Shown: positions 13,081 through 26,849, counted from the first letter of the stretch. The stretch is DNA of 64,000 bases from Octopus vulgaris (GCA_951406725.2 OX597821.1:32302001-32366000), one strand, 5' to 3'. The notes: generated by a model from the sequence alone, not told the origin. A program made the numbers and translations.

Positions 13081-14036
13081 AATTTTTAGTTATCATTAAT
13101 CTTTTGTTATTTATTTATGTTATTCTTCTTGTGTATTTTTACGAAATCGTACTCTGTAGCGTACTATCACTTACTCCATATTTAAATGCAAACAATGTAT
13201 GGAAGTATAGATGACTGAGTCAATGTATTCATGTATGAACCGTTTATATATTTATGTGGTTAAAAAGAGAGCATTACTGTTGTTGTTAATGTTAACGTCG
13301 TCGTGGTTGTTGTTGTTGTTTCTGTCATTGTTGTTACGGCTCTTGTTGTTGTTGAGTTCCTTCTAGAGATTCTGGTTGATAGAGAGTTAGTGATTTGTAA
13401 GATGTAGTTATTTAGACCTTGATACTTCATTTAAAGATTCATCTTTATCATCAACATCATCATCGTCACCGTTGTCCTTGTCGTCTTCGCCGTCGCCCTC
13501 ATCTTTGTCATCTTCACTAACATCATCAGTAGCAATATTAACATTAGTACTATTAATTTTATACCTTATAAGAAAATGCCTTGTGGCATTGTCTGGTACA
13601 ACTACAACGATGACAGTCATAAAATTAATAACAGCGTATTCTTAAGTATATTTCTGTTTCATAATCTGTTATTTAATATTATATGAAGTTCTCTATGCGC
13701 GACATCCATCACGGACGGATAAAATAAAGGGATGCCATATACTCAAATGATTATATACAATCAATTATTCCTTTATCTTCCTTTGGAAATAAAGTTATAA
13801 CTATTGTTAGTGTGTTTGGATGGCGGTCTGACACAGCCGAGCAAACCAATGATCTGAGCTACCCAGCTTTGGCCAACCCACCTGTTGCCAGATATATCCT
13901 ATTCAAGACAGCATTAGGCAATGTATATTTTTACTTGCCTCGGTATGTTATCACTCGAAAGATATCCCTACTAATTCTGAAACGTCCAACATTTACATAT
14001 GGGTCTGTAAAGTGGCTTCGTCGAACATTAAATAGT

Positions 14037-14041
14037 ATTAC

Positions 14042-14115
<74 letters not shown>

Positions 14116-14117
14116 GT

Positions 14118-14151
<34 letters not shown>

Positions 14152-14190
14152 TGTTGTTGTTGTTCTTGTAGTAGTTGTTGTTGTTATTAT
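14037..14190. repeat. (ATT)n-(AGT)n-(GTT)n compound trinucleotide repeat
   Basis: Directly visible. Confidence 0.95.
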
Positions 14191-14336
14191 AACAATCACA
14201 TTTATTAAGCTTTGTTCTGTTATTTAGTTTATTTCCCTAAGGGGCATTATATAGTGTTGTGTAATAATCTGTTTCAGTATTATTGCTGCTATATTCCTTC
14301 TTCCCTCCCTCCCATACAGTTTGTCTCTCTCTCGGC

Positions 14337-14398
<62 letters not shown>

Positions 14399-14494
14399 GT
14401 GTGTATACATATGTATATGTACGTGCGTGTGAATATGTTTTTAGGAGTGTATGTGTATATATATATATATATATATAGGTACATACACACATAC

Positions 14495-14552
<58 letters not shown>

Positions 14553-14555
14553 GTA

Positions 14556-14611
<56 letters not shown>

Positions 14612-14649
14612 TACATACACACATACATACATATATATATATATATATA
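14337..14649. repeat. TA-rich microsatellite block with a duplicated ggtacatacacacatacat spacer
   Basis: Directly visible. Confidence 0.9.
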
Positions 14650-15239
14650 AAACAGTATTCTAAATTCTCTAGTATCCTGACATTCAGGAGATATGTCTCA
14701 GATGAGTTACTTACGTGCAACCTCAAACGGCAAACTGTTTTGCAAACCCGTTTGAAAACAGTTCATTTAACATACATAGCAACTTTAAATAATCATCATG
14801 ATCATAATAAACTTTCATTTCCTTTTTGTAACAAAGCCTTGAAGCAAATAACTTTCGGAGAAACAATTCATTAAGAAATGCTTCTTTTTAAATATATTCA
14901 CAATAGCATTTATGTTGGAACTATAGATTACGTGATGTCTTTTAATTTGAGTTTATTATTAACTGATGCAAGAGATTAAGAACTCAATAAATATGAGGAA
15001 GCATACTGAAAATTGAAAGATTATTGTTTGGATTTAAAGTTTGATTGTGGCAAATTATCTTCTGAAGTAAAACTATGACGTACTAATACTGCCTGAATAG
15101 GAACGCACGTTTCAATTGTGATATGTTTGCATGTGCATAGAGGATATGCGTGCGCCATTGAGTGTGTGCTATACTTGGAAGTATGGATGGCTGAATCAAC
15201 GTATTCATGTACGCAACCATATGCATATATATGTATATA

Positions 15240-15312
<73 letters not shown>

Positions 15313-15334
15313 ATATACATATATTGTTATATAT

Positions 15335-15368
<34 letters not shown>

Positions 15369-15699
15369 GCTTATATATATATATGTGTGTGTGTGTGTAT
15401 ATAATATGTATGTTAGCAAGCATGTGTGGATATATGTATTTGGTTTGTGTTAAACACAAACCAAATGCGTATATGGGTACATATACATGATATTGAAATT
15501 CGTGCACTGGGAAATTGTTCGCAGTTGATAGTTGGATAGAATGAATTAAATAATCAATACACAAACGTAATGCGTTTAACTATTACTACGACAAGTGATT
15601 GTGCACAGAGTCACGTTATTTATATCTTTCATGAAAGTTTCATCGATATTCACAGAAATCGAGGATGATGATGACGATAGTAACAATGATAATAAGAAC

Positions 15700-15955
<256 letters not shown>

Positions 15956-16598
15956 TCTATAAATATTATTTTTGTAATCGCAGCACTTAATCCAGTGAAT
16001 TTTTAATTTCGGTAAAATTTTCTACGAACTTGATTGTTAAATGCTGATCATTCCAGAAAGCTATTTTTAACCTCAAATCGAACTCGTATCTTACATTGAT
16101 ATAACTTTTTTGTATTACAAATATTGTTGCTATTTTTGTAGGTGACAATGGTAATTTGGTGAGGGGTAGGAGCAAATTTCGATAGTGTTTTGCTCTTTCT
16201 TTCAAAGCGGATTAAAGTAAGCTACTAAGTTTCTATTAATCCGTTTTGCGTTTTTCTAATATAAACTGAGACGACGGATAGAAAATATAATATATTTCTA
16301 GAAAATTTTTACCATTTCAGATTTAGATCAGTAATTTTCCATTCTACAGATTTCATTTGATAAGATTACATTGCCTAAATTAGAATTGAAATCGATTATT
16401 GTATCAGCTATTAGATTACTAGAAATGTACAGGTGACTGACTCGTTAGAACCGCTCACATGCCAGCCAAAGAAGTTTTACTTCTCGCTATCCTCATCGTG
16501 TTAGGTGCCAATATATTTACTAGGATACTTCAGCTTGCATGGCTAAATGTTACTATTTCAATGTAGTCTTTTTTGTCGTTCTTCAATAGGTCAAGAAA

Positions 16599-16720
16599 TC
16601 AAATAATCAACCCAATGGCAACTGTATCTATTCGTGGAGAATAATAAGGATAGTCGGGTCCTGGGGAACTCGATTTGTATTCACAGCCAAGTGTGGCCTC
16701 CGCAGGTGGCTGCTCTGGTG
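16599..16720 (-). CDS. Candidate coding exon of an unidentified gene: (P/A)PEQPPAEATLGCEYKSSSPGPDYPYYSPRIDTVAIG[LII*]
   Basis: Strong acceptor tactttctttccag|; GC-richer unique sequence; phase-1 frame is the longest open one; ends at TGA 16599-16601 or a weak donor GG|gttgat at 16612; phase fits exon 52859-52929. Confidence 0.55.
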
Positions 16721-17499
16721 CTGGAAAGAAAGTATTGTGATCTCATAATTGACTCGTGTAAAAATGAGAATTATAGAATTATTTTTTGGAACCCTGGATT
16801 GCGGTTACAGGAATGCCTGTAAGATGCAAGAAAATTATTCGGGGAAGGACTGTAGAGGTTTATCGCCTTCAATTTGTGTATAAATTATTTTTTATAACTG
16901 TATGAATTTTTTAGCCCAAATATATGGTATTTTAAATTGTAAGAGGGTTAATACCTCTGTATATGCATTTTTAAAGAACAATGTTTTAGAGAAGAAGAAG
17001 CGCATTCTGTCTTCTCCCATCCTTATCATCTTTGTATCATAATCATTCGCCTCATCAATGCCTGTGTCCAACCCGCAAAGCTACCTTATCTATGTGCTGC
17101 TTATATGGCAAATTTAATGAATAAACTGTATCCAACCCATCTTTTTTTAATGCATTAAAACATCTGGGATTACATTACCCGCCAGATTCATTCTGTTGTT
17201 TCATTAAGAAGTCTGGACTTTATTTGTAGTAGATTTAGCTTCTATTTCTAGAAAATGGAACGGCTACATAGATGAGGGAAAATGTAAGAACCCACTGCTA
17301 ACGGGTTAATTAAAGTGTATCTCTAGAGACATTTGGTTGAATTGTTGGGAATTGCTAAGTTAAGAATGTACTAGTTAAGGGGAGGGAATTGCATCTAAGT
17401 TTATTTTTCTTATGTTGGGAAATCATTTTAACGAGTAAAAATAATATACGTATATTTCCTAATAGTTCTCTAATTTTTTCTTACCTTTATAATTTTCGC

Positions 17500-18110
17500 A
17501 TTCCATATTCTTATACTTCCAAATTTTAAGGTGTTATATTTTGTCTAATTTTTCATCTTCATCTTTACAATACTGGAATCAAACGGACGTGATGGAAAAT
17601 CTTGTAAGCAACTTCGATTTTTCCTCTGTATACTTATAAGGTATGGTTTATTATTTTCTATCTTTTTATTCGTTTTAATAGGAAAATCCCTTAACGTCTT
17701 GCTTTTCTCCGATTTGAGCACTCTTTCAACCTGATGATCCAACCAAATACATTCAGCTCAAATCCCCAGTTCTGACAACTTGATCTTGCCTCCATTCGAC
17801 ATATTTTCTCTAAGCCAACTTGGGACGTTCTGTAATAACGTGTGTCGTTGTTGCATTCCAAATTCCACACACTCTACATTTTTCTTACCCCTTTTCCCCA
17901 CACACATACTTTCTCAAGTTGTTTGTTTTTAACGCCAGATATTGGGCTGTTGTTTCAATTTTGTTTAGCCACACCCAGGCTTTTGTTCTACATACATCCT
18001 CAACAGATTTCCGGAACTCACCGTGCAAAAGTTTCTTTTCAATTTAGTTAAGTCTCTTTGAATTTCATTTATGTCCTTTTCTCCCATTCTGTATTTGATT
18101 ACCGATTCGT
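17500..18110 (-). mobile_element. R4/Dong-type LINE 3' fragment (thumb, CCHC knuckle, RLE)
   Basis: KKLLHGEF..AWVWL, KCRVCG..THVITERPKLA, DHQVERVLKSEKSKTLRDFPIKTNKKIENNKP. Confidence 0.85.
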
Positions 18111-18150
18111 TATTCACTGGATTTAGTTATCATCATCACCTTCATTATTA

Positions 18151-18216
<66 letters not shown>

Positions 18217-18217
<1 letters not shown>

Positions 18218-18739
18218 GAGTGAGAGAGCAGTGCATGTCATCAAAGTGACATTGGGGTAAAATATACGAAGCCTAGTACACCCATCATGACTACCCGTCT
18301 GATAAGGGTACACCAGGCACATGCATCACAAACACATGCGCGTGACACGGTGATCTCATATCAAGATAAACAGCGCATGACCTTGCAGGTGGGGCCCAGT
18401 TAGAATTTTCTTCTGGTCGAGTAGCCCATCCCGCTCAAATGGTCCCTGAATAAGGAAGGTTTAAGGATGTTGAACGAACCACCCATGTTTCCAAAGGTGA
18501 ATTATTCAAACCCCAAAGAATCTCTCTCAACACATGGCTACGATGCTCCCCCACCACTTCTGCTCATAGTCAGAGATGCACATATCGTCAGCCACTAAGG
18601 GACATGGTCAACTGGTTAAAGTCAAACAACTGACAAGCAAATCTGTGGTACTGAGCAGAATATTTGCTGTAGCTCAACATTTCCAATCAGTTAAGATTAG
18701 AAGCCATGAAAGCCACAGCCTGGTACTGCATCAGGGCAT
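18217..18739 (-). mobile_element. About 520-bp non-coding element inserted in (TAA)n, probably a non-autonomous retroposon
   Basis: Flanked on both sides by (ATT)n (18153-18215, 18741-18803); GC-richer, internal hairpins, no recognisable coding motif. Orientation is inferred. Confidence 0.7.
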
Positions 18740-18740
18740 G

Positions 18741-18805
<65 letters not shown>

Positions 18806-18809
18806 ATGT

Positions 18810-19185
18810 TTGACTTTTGCTTTGTATTTGTACAAATACTTTCAGCTCAAATTCCCAGTGCTGACAACTTGATCTTGCTTCTATTCGCCATATTTTCTCT
18901 ACGCCAACTTGGGACGTTCTGTAACAACGTGTGTTGTTATTGCATTCCAAATTCCACACACTCTGCATTTTGCTGACTCCTTTTCCCCACACATACGAAA
19001 GAGGAAGATTGCCATTATTATTATTAAGCGCTCGTCTTTTAACGCTCTCTAGTGCAACTGGAGATAACCATTCATTCTTTCTAATGGCTCTAGTTTTGTC
19101 ACACAGATGTTGTTCACTTAAATGAATTAGGCTTCTATCGCTCCAGGCCATGTGCATTATTTTCCTTTATCCCTTAGCCGGGATA
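18810..19185 (-). mobile_element. R4/Dong-type deletion derivative (N-terminal domain fused to CCHC region)
   Basis: HLSEQHLCDKTRAIRKNEWLSPVALE joined directly to a segment homologous to 17752-17910. Confidence 0.8.
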
Positions 19186-19467
19186 TCATAAATCGAACGA
19201 ATATCTAATGTGAGCCGACTGTCACATCACCCACATAATGTAATGAAGTCAATAATAAATAGTGTTTCTACCTGGATATCCATGCTTTCATCTACTGAGG
19301 AAATATTCAACAGAAAAGCTGTCTCCAGCTCAAACTAAAGCTTCATTGTAGATGAAAGATGAAAGCATGGATATACAAGTAGAAACACTATTTATTATTG
19401 ATTTCATTACATTACGAGGATGATGTGAAAGTCGGCGCACATTAGATATTCGTTAGATTTATGATAT
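19183..19467. repeat. Foldback with about 110-bp arms; hammerhead-like motif in the spacer
   Basis: 19183-19295 is the inverted complement of about 19348-19467; spacer has CTGAGGA..GAAAAGCTGTC. Confidence 0.88.
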
Positions 19468-20279
19468 GACCTACAGAAGCCAGAGAGAAGATCGAACGTG
19501 AGGTCTAGAAAACTAATCACACTCCAACTACTGTCAAACAAAGAAACAGGCCGATGTTCTAAAAATGATCGAGACATCTTTTTCTTATACTTCTCGTAAT
19601 TAACTTTATTGCATTTGTGTTATGCTAAGAGAGAGTCCACCCTATAGTCACCACTGTTAATGGTCAGGGATTCCTTTTTCATACAGTGCAATAATTTACT
19701 CGCACAATGCATATCTACGACGGGCTTCCACGCAGTTTCCGTCCATCTACTTCACTCAAAAAGCGTTGGCCACACCGTAGCTATATAAAACCACATACTT
19801 AATGTATTCAAATTCTTGCATATGTTAGATTTTGAGCTCAATCTTTATAACAGAGCAGATTGCTACAAGCCATGTAAATATCAGTTCGCTGCACCAGATT
19901 ACAGACGACAGTGGCCCAATAATAAGGTCTACTACGATCAAAACGATCTTTATACGAAACATAATTTTTGTATATTGCTATACTCTAGGAAAACTATACA
20001 TGTGAAAGGGCCGAGAGAGCAACATTTTGAAGTAGCTTATTACTCGAATATACGGAAGATCACAATATTACTCAAATTGTCTTCATACACCTTGAATTAA
20101 CGGATAAATCTTTATGATAATGATGCTTGAACACGACGATCATCTCTGTGATGCTCACCTTATGTTCTGCTTTCTACCACATGTTCTATTAAACCATTTA
20201 ACTGTTAGATGTTTTTTTCCGGGGGCAGACGTTGCCACCACAATAGAAGACTTGCTACAACTACAGCAAATGTTATTCG

Positions 20280-20460
20280 GTGGTTGATGCCACTGTAGGA
20301 TCAGTGACTATCTAGTATTGACGAATAACAGAAGGTAATGGATGATGACACATTGAACTCGAAGTCATGGCATTGATAAACCCGGTGTTATGTTCGGTGA
20401 CAGATAATACACCTCCAGGGCAGTTGTTCTTCAATCTCTATTTAAACAATATCTACGTGA
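20280..20460 (+). mobile_element. Very old CR1/L2-group RT remnant (tentative)
   Basis: ISDYL..QKVM..PGV..QLFFNLYLNNI across frameshifts resembles GVPQGS.LGP.LF..YIND. Confidence 0.3.
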
Positions 20461-20957
20461 ATGTGTTTCTAATAGATGGGCTTGAATGATGTGTCAGGTT
20501 TTATAGATTTCACAAACCTGCAATCTTAAACCTTGGAAAGTTTATTCCTGTGAAAAATACAGGAGAAAAGAAGAAATCCCAGAGGTCTGACATTCTGGAA
20601 AGGAAAGTCTATGCGTAATAATTAGTGCATGGAGTGGAGTGTTAGGTATAATAGAGGTGATAATAGGAAGAAAGAGGATTAGGGATAGCTTAAGATTAGA
20701 AAGCCAGTGGAGTTATAGAAGATTTGACATCATTCAAGCGGTCCTTTCAATCAGTCTGCGATTTCTGGCGAAACTTCTATGTTGCTGTACGTACATAAAC
20801 TCGTTCGGTCAATACATATTAACATAGATGGGTACGCCTGAGGACATCATATGCAATGTGAATCCGAAATGGAGATGAACAGGAAAGTGCCTCGGCGGCA
20901 ATGTGTCTGATATCGTCTTCTCTGCAATGCTCCACCAGGATTATTTCCCAGAGAGAA

Positions 20958-20993
<36 letters not shown>

Positions 20994-21309
20994 TTAGACA
21001 AAGATGTTATGCATATGAGTGTGTATATTATGTGTGCATATGTTTGTCTGTATTTGTGTATACGCATGTTTACACTGATCTGTAAGATATTTCTTCTGCG
21101 TTCAGAATCACCGTCTCAGCAAGCTAGTAATTTGACAAACAACCGATCAGTTTCGTGAATAAATATCGCGATTGGATAGTTCCTGCCTGCTAGTAACGCT
21201 TCAAACACAGTTACACTCTTTGATTTCTCCACCTCGCTCTCCCCAACCCCTACTGTCATCAACACAACAATCCAGACATATTTTCACGAAGTGTATGCTA
21301 GTATTTGTT

Positions 21310-21354
<45 letters not shown>

Positions 21355-21372
21355 TTATGTATATACATGTAT

Positions 21373-21424
<52 letters not shown>

Positions 21425-21659
21425 CTGTGTGACTGTATATGTGTGCGTGTGTGTGTGTGTGTGTGTGTCCATTCCATTCAAGTACATCTCTTTGTTTTTC
21501 TTCTTTCTTTTTCTTCCTACGTGCTCTTCTATGATATTGGCTCCACGAATTAGAATCCGAGAATAACCACAGAGACTGAACACAATGCCATTCAACCATC
21601 ACGAATTAATTCTATAGTGTTCCTGCTGATATTAACGAACCACAAACATAGGACCACAC

Positions 21660-21800
21660 CCACGCCACTACCATATGTTTTTCGAGTCTTTTATGTCTTC
21701 TTCGTTTGTTAGCCGTGTTTCAATTTCATATTTTGTTATATTTGACTTATTTAGGGTGGGGTCAAATATTCTAAAGAAGCAGTGTAAAGAAGACACACTT
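21660..21800 (-). mobile_element. Penelope-like 3' remnant with a degenerate minimal hammerhead
   Basis: [11 protein letters not shown] (GIY-YIG end-like) followed by cgaagaagac..gactcGAAAaaCATATGGTA. Confidence 0.5.
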
Positions 21801-21838
21801 AAGTCAAATACACATATGTGTGTGTGCGTGTGTATCAT

Positions 21839-21885
<47 letters not shown>

Positions 21886-21904
21886 TGTATATATATATGC
21901 ATGC

Positions 21905-21949
<45 letters not shown>

Positions 21950-21955
21950 GCATGC

Positions 21956-21991
<36 letters not shown>

Positions 21992-22675
21992 CATACATCC
22001 ATGCATATATATATGCATGCATAATATATATATATATATATATATATATAGATATACATACATACATCCATGCATATATATATATATATATATATATGCA
22101 TATATATATATATTCAGATGCACATATAATTTTGTATGTGCGTGTATTTAATAATGATTTTCATTCCACTGAATTGGAGAGAAGAGAGATAAGATATTTA
22201 TTCAAGGGTTTTCGAGAAGAAAGACGAATAAAAATAATAAAATAAAGTGGAAAATAAGGAAAAATTAAGAGAAAGAAAACGGTGAGGAAAAAGAGATGGT
22301 TATTGTGGTGGTACTGGCGATAGTGATGGTGAGGAGGATGGAGAAGAGAAAATGATGGAATATTGATACATGGTAAAGTGAAATATTGACAAGAAATATA
22401 GTAAGCTTAGAAGAAATTAGAAATAAATGAAAAAAAAATGATATATCAAACGATATAACAGATACACGCACACATATACATAGATAACACACGCACATTA
22501 ATTCACTCACACATATATGGACAAAGGAAAAAGAGAAGCTTAGAAGGGTGCATTTCTGAATACGATAGGGATACTCGTGTATATATGTGTGTGTATATAT
22601 ATTTGCATATATAGTTGCGTATGTGTCTCTCTGTGTGTTTATGTATGTAGCAAGCAAGCGTAAATTGATTATTTC

Positions 22676-22753
<78 letters not shown>

Positions 22754-22785
22754 GGATAGAGCGAGAGAGAGAGAGATATAGATAT

Positions 22786-22834
<49 letters not shown>

Positions 22835-22877
22835 GCGAGAGAGAGAGAGAGATAGATAGATAGATTGATAGATAGAT

Positions 22878-22916
<39 letters not shown>

Positions 22917-22929
22917 AGGAAGGAAAGGA

Positions 22930-22985
<56 letters not shown>
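22676..22985. repeat. (GATA)n-(GA)n-(GAAA)n compound purine-rich repeat
   Basis: Directly visible. Confidence 0.97.
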
Positions 22986-23898
22986 AAATAAAGAAATGGA
23001 GAGCGAGAGATAGAGAAAGAAAAGGGAGAGATAAAAGGAGACAGAAGGGCAGAAAGAAAATCAAGATGAAAGGAAAGACAGAAAGAAAATTATGGGTTAG
23101 CAAAAGATGGAAAAAAAAAATGGAAAAAAAAAAATGGAAAATTCATAATAAAGAATGCCATGCCTCGCTTTTCAAAGAACATGTTTGAAAACGAAGTCGG
23201 CTTGAAAGCGAGAAAATAATATTTGTTGATGTCAAAAACAATTTCAATAAAAATACATAAAAAAAAAACAAAAAAAGTAAGGATTGGTATTTGACAGGCA
23301 AGCAAGACAGGAAGCATCATGATTCTTATGAAGAAGAGTAAAGACATTTGTAGATATATTTTTTCTTGACTATAATACATCTATCAGATTTATTATTGTT
23401 CTTATATCTCCAAGCATTCATATCTGTAGTATAAAGTTATGTAGTGGCAGAAACGCATACATGTTCACGCCTTCACTTCATATACGTACGCATTGATGTA
23501 TATCCATCCACATATTTACCCATTTCGATATTGTATAATACTAGTAATTCTTTTCCACAAATTTTCTCCTAAAAGAATTGGATTTCGAGAAAAGATTCAC
23601 TACCATGAACGATCCTGGTATTAGAATAAACACGAATGCATTGATGCTTTTACGTTATGACGAAACCTTCGGGGTCAGCGAACATGAAAACCAACTCAGT
23701 GATGTATCTATAGTGAGCTACGATGAAGATGATGTTTTCGGATTTATATGCAATATATATACTATTTACTACAATTTAGATCACAATAACCTAGAACACG
23801 GCTCTATAGAGGTAGTGGGCCCTATTCAAAAACACGGATCATATAGAAATAAAACGGAATGTAGCATATTCAAAGAGATTAACCAAAAATTTACAATA

Positions 23899-24050
23899 GG
23901 CGCAGACGTCACTGTGTAGTAAGAAGCTTGCTTCCCAAACACATGGTTCCAAGTTCTGTCCCGGCGCGTAGCACATTGAGCAAATGTGTACTGCTATAGC
24001 ATTGTGAACGGAGTTAGTAGAAGAAAACAGAGAGAATCCCGTCGTATATA
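23899..24050 (+). mobile_element. SINE family A, diverged 5' half
   Basis: ggcgcag..tgtgtagtaagaagcttgcttcccaaacacatggttcc..cccgtcgtatata. Confidence 0.75.
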
Positions 24051-24660
24051 CAAGGTACGATGAATAAATTGTCCTCTAAATTACGCAAAAATGAAAATAA
24101 CATTGATATCTTATTTTAACAGATGTATTTACCAAAATTACATAAACATTTCTCGAAATACTATAGAGAAACTTTATTCATTAAAATCCCCATTGCCTTC
24201 AACTACGACCTCCAGGCGACTTCGGAATCTTCTAGAGAGTGAATGCTGCCATAATTCTTGCCTTCAATTCAAATTTAGTGTTACAAGGAGTTTTGTTGGA
24301 CTCTCGCTCAAGTGTGTTCAACACACAATAATCAAGTGGGTTGCAGTTTGGGGCGTTAGGTGGCCAGATGTTAGGGGGTGATGTGGTCGCACAAAATACC
24401 TGACAGCCATGACTTGGTTATCCTGCTTGTGTGGAATGGTGCAGAGTCCTGTTGCAAGACATAGAGTCTTCCAGCACCAACCCTATTGACCTAGGGCAGC
24501 ACTACATCCTCCAGGCACTTGATGTTGACCGCCATGTTGTATCTGAGGCCGTGTGGGAAAAATGAACGGTGGCATAACGTAACCATCACTAGTGATCACT
24601 CCAAACGCTATGATGTTGACAGGATGTTTGATTTTTATTACTTTCAGCACATATTTTAGG
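24051..24660 (-). mobile_element. Tc1/mariner DD37D (maT-type) transposon 3' part
   Basis: KHPVNIIAFGVITSDG.VMPPFIF, QQDSAPFHTS, WPPN; terminus TA|CAAGGT; homologous to 37590-38210. Confidence 0.88.
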
Positions 24661-26054
24661 TACACGACAATCCAATGATTGTTCACTATCTAATCCTGGC
24701 AATTAGGGTCTGTCAGGGGATTGGCATTATGCTTGTGTGTATGCATGCTTTTATGTGTGTATGTAGAATTTGTTTGTTTAGTAGAGCAGGCAAAGATGAG
24801 AGTAACCGAAGATTGTGTGTGCTTTTGTTCGAGTACGTGCTTATGGTTGTGGCTGTGTGTACTACTCCGTGACTCCTTTTATGTGTGTTTGTAGGGGTGT
24901 CTCAGATCTGCTAGGATTCGTTTGACATCCTATAACAGTTTATGAATGTAGGGTACAGTTTCTTACGTGAGGAGGTGGCAAGAAGAGAGGGTTAGTGTGT
25001 ATGCGTGAGCATCTGCATTTGCGCGTATGGAGCATTTTTGTGATCTAGTGAAAGAACTTTGACTAACAAACAACCGATTGATTCTGTAACTAGTACATTA
25101 AACAAATGATCGATTAGTACGATGGTTAAATATGTAACAAATTGACTAATAGTAAAGAAATGACATAAAAGCTGTGCGCGTGTTATTATTGACGTAATGA
25201 AACTACAAAGGCACAACAATACTTCGATGCAGCTTTCGATCATCTAATTTTTCTCACAAATTGTTTCTTCCCAAGTTACCAAGCAGTAAGAGTCAATATG
25301 TGCCTCTTGATTGTCAAACAAATTTCTCCAGACATTAGCCATTCTCTTCCCTCTGGTGGTGCTCCAGCATAGCCACAGCCTTAAGGCTGAAATGTATGAG
25401 AGAATAAAGGAATATATACATCACGTACCACAATCCGGGGAGAGTGAGCGTAATTAAACTTTGCCTCTCTAACACAATTAAATAAAATACTTTAGGTCCC
25501 GAACAGAAGGCGTGTATAGTAACAAGATTTTGACAAAAGGAAATGGATATAGTTATAGCGAATGCTCGTTGATATAGAGAAGCCGCTTCTTTCAATTACA
25601 TACCGACAGCTCAGTCAAGAAACATTAGAGGAGTTTTAATAAGTTTGCATCATATCACAATTATGTAACATATTATTCAAGAATGATATCGTCAAGGAAA
25701 CATTTATAAATATATGATGATATTGATATATGATCAGTCACTTAATTGTGGCGTAGAGTAAAGAAATATTTGATTGATATAGGAAGCTATTTTGACATAT
25801 TTCAAACGCAGATTTGACGATATAGGACTTACATAATCTGTTATGCAATTTTGATACGACACAAGATTACTTGAAACAGCTCGGGAAAGATTATATTGAA
25901 ATAATGCTGAGATCTTTCACTCTGGTTCTTTCAAGTGTATTTTCCTCCATTCAGGAGGCATTCCGCAGTATATTCAAAGCCATGTGGATATATGTATATG
26001 CGATTACAGGGGTTTCAAACAATAAAACATATAAAATTTTATTGTAATTAGTAG

Positions 26055-26098
<44 letters not shown>

Positions 26099-26124
26099 GC
26101 ACTCAAACACACGCACACACATAC

Positions 26125-26272
26125 ATACGACTGGCTTCTTTCAGTTTCTCTCTACCAAATCCACTCACAAGACTGAGGCTGATCCGAATTTCTAGTAGAA
26201 GACACATGCCCTGAGGGACTGAATCCGGAACTATGTGACTGGGAAGCCAGCTTCTTACCACACAGCTACGCC
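26125..26272 (-). mobile_element. SINE family A, 5' fragment
   Basis: cttctttcagtttc..ctaccaaatccactcacaag..cttaccacacagc. Confidence 0.8.
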
Positions 26273-26277
26273 TATAG

Positions 26278-26313
<36 letters not shown>

Positions 26314-26317
26314 ATAA

Positions 26318-26597
26318 TAAATATTAGGGAATAAATCCAAATTTACAGGGAGAAAATCAGATTTAGGATTAAATCCAATTTTATAGTAAAATATTATATA
26401 ATATTAATTCGAGACAAAACGACTATTTTGCAAAACAAACAAGGAAAGACTTAATCAATACATAAAAATTGTTAATATAAATAAAAAAATAAATAAATAA
26501 ATAAATAAATAAATATTTCTTTATATTAAAATTTTTTATGTATTGATTAAGTCTTTCCTTGTTTGTTTTGCAAAATAGTGGTTTTGTCTCGAATTAA

Positions 26598-26631
<34 letters not shown>

Positions 26632-26656
26632 TCATGCACACACACAGACACACACA

Positions 26657-26699
<43 letters not shown>

Positions 26700-26807
26700 T
26701 TTCTTTTAAAACACATAGAGAGCGTAGAAGTGCTCAATTGGAACCTGAGGAATTTGATAAGTATAATGGATAGAATAGAAAAAGTTGAAATCAGGCTAAC
26801 TACGGTT

Positions 26808-26849
<42 letters not shown>

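Noticed and set aside
23578-23919. 113-aa acidic ORF
   Set aside because: Runs into a SINE; no identifiable domain.
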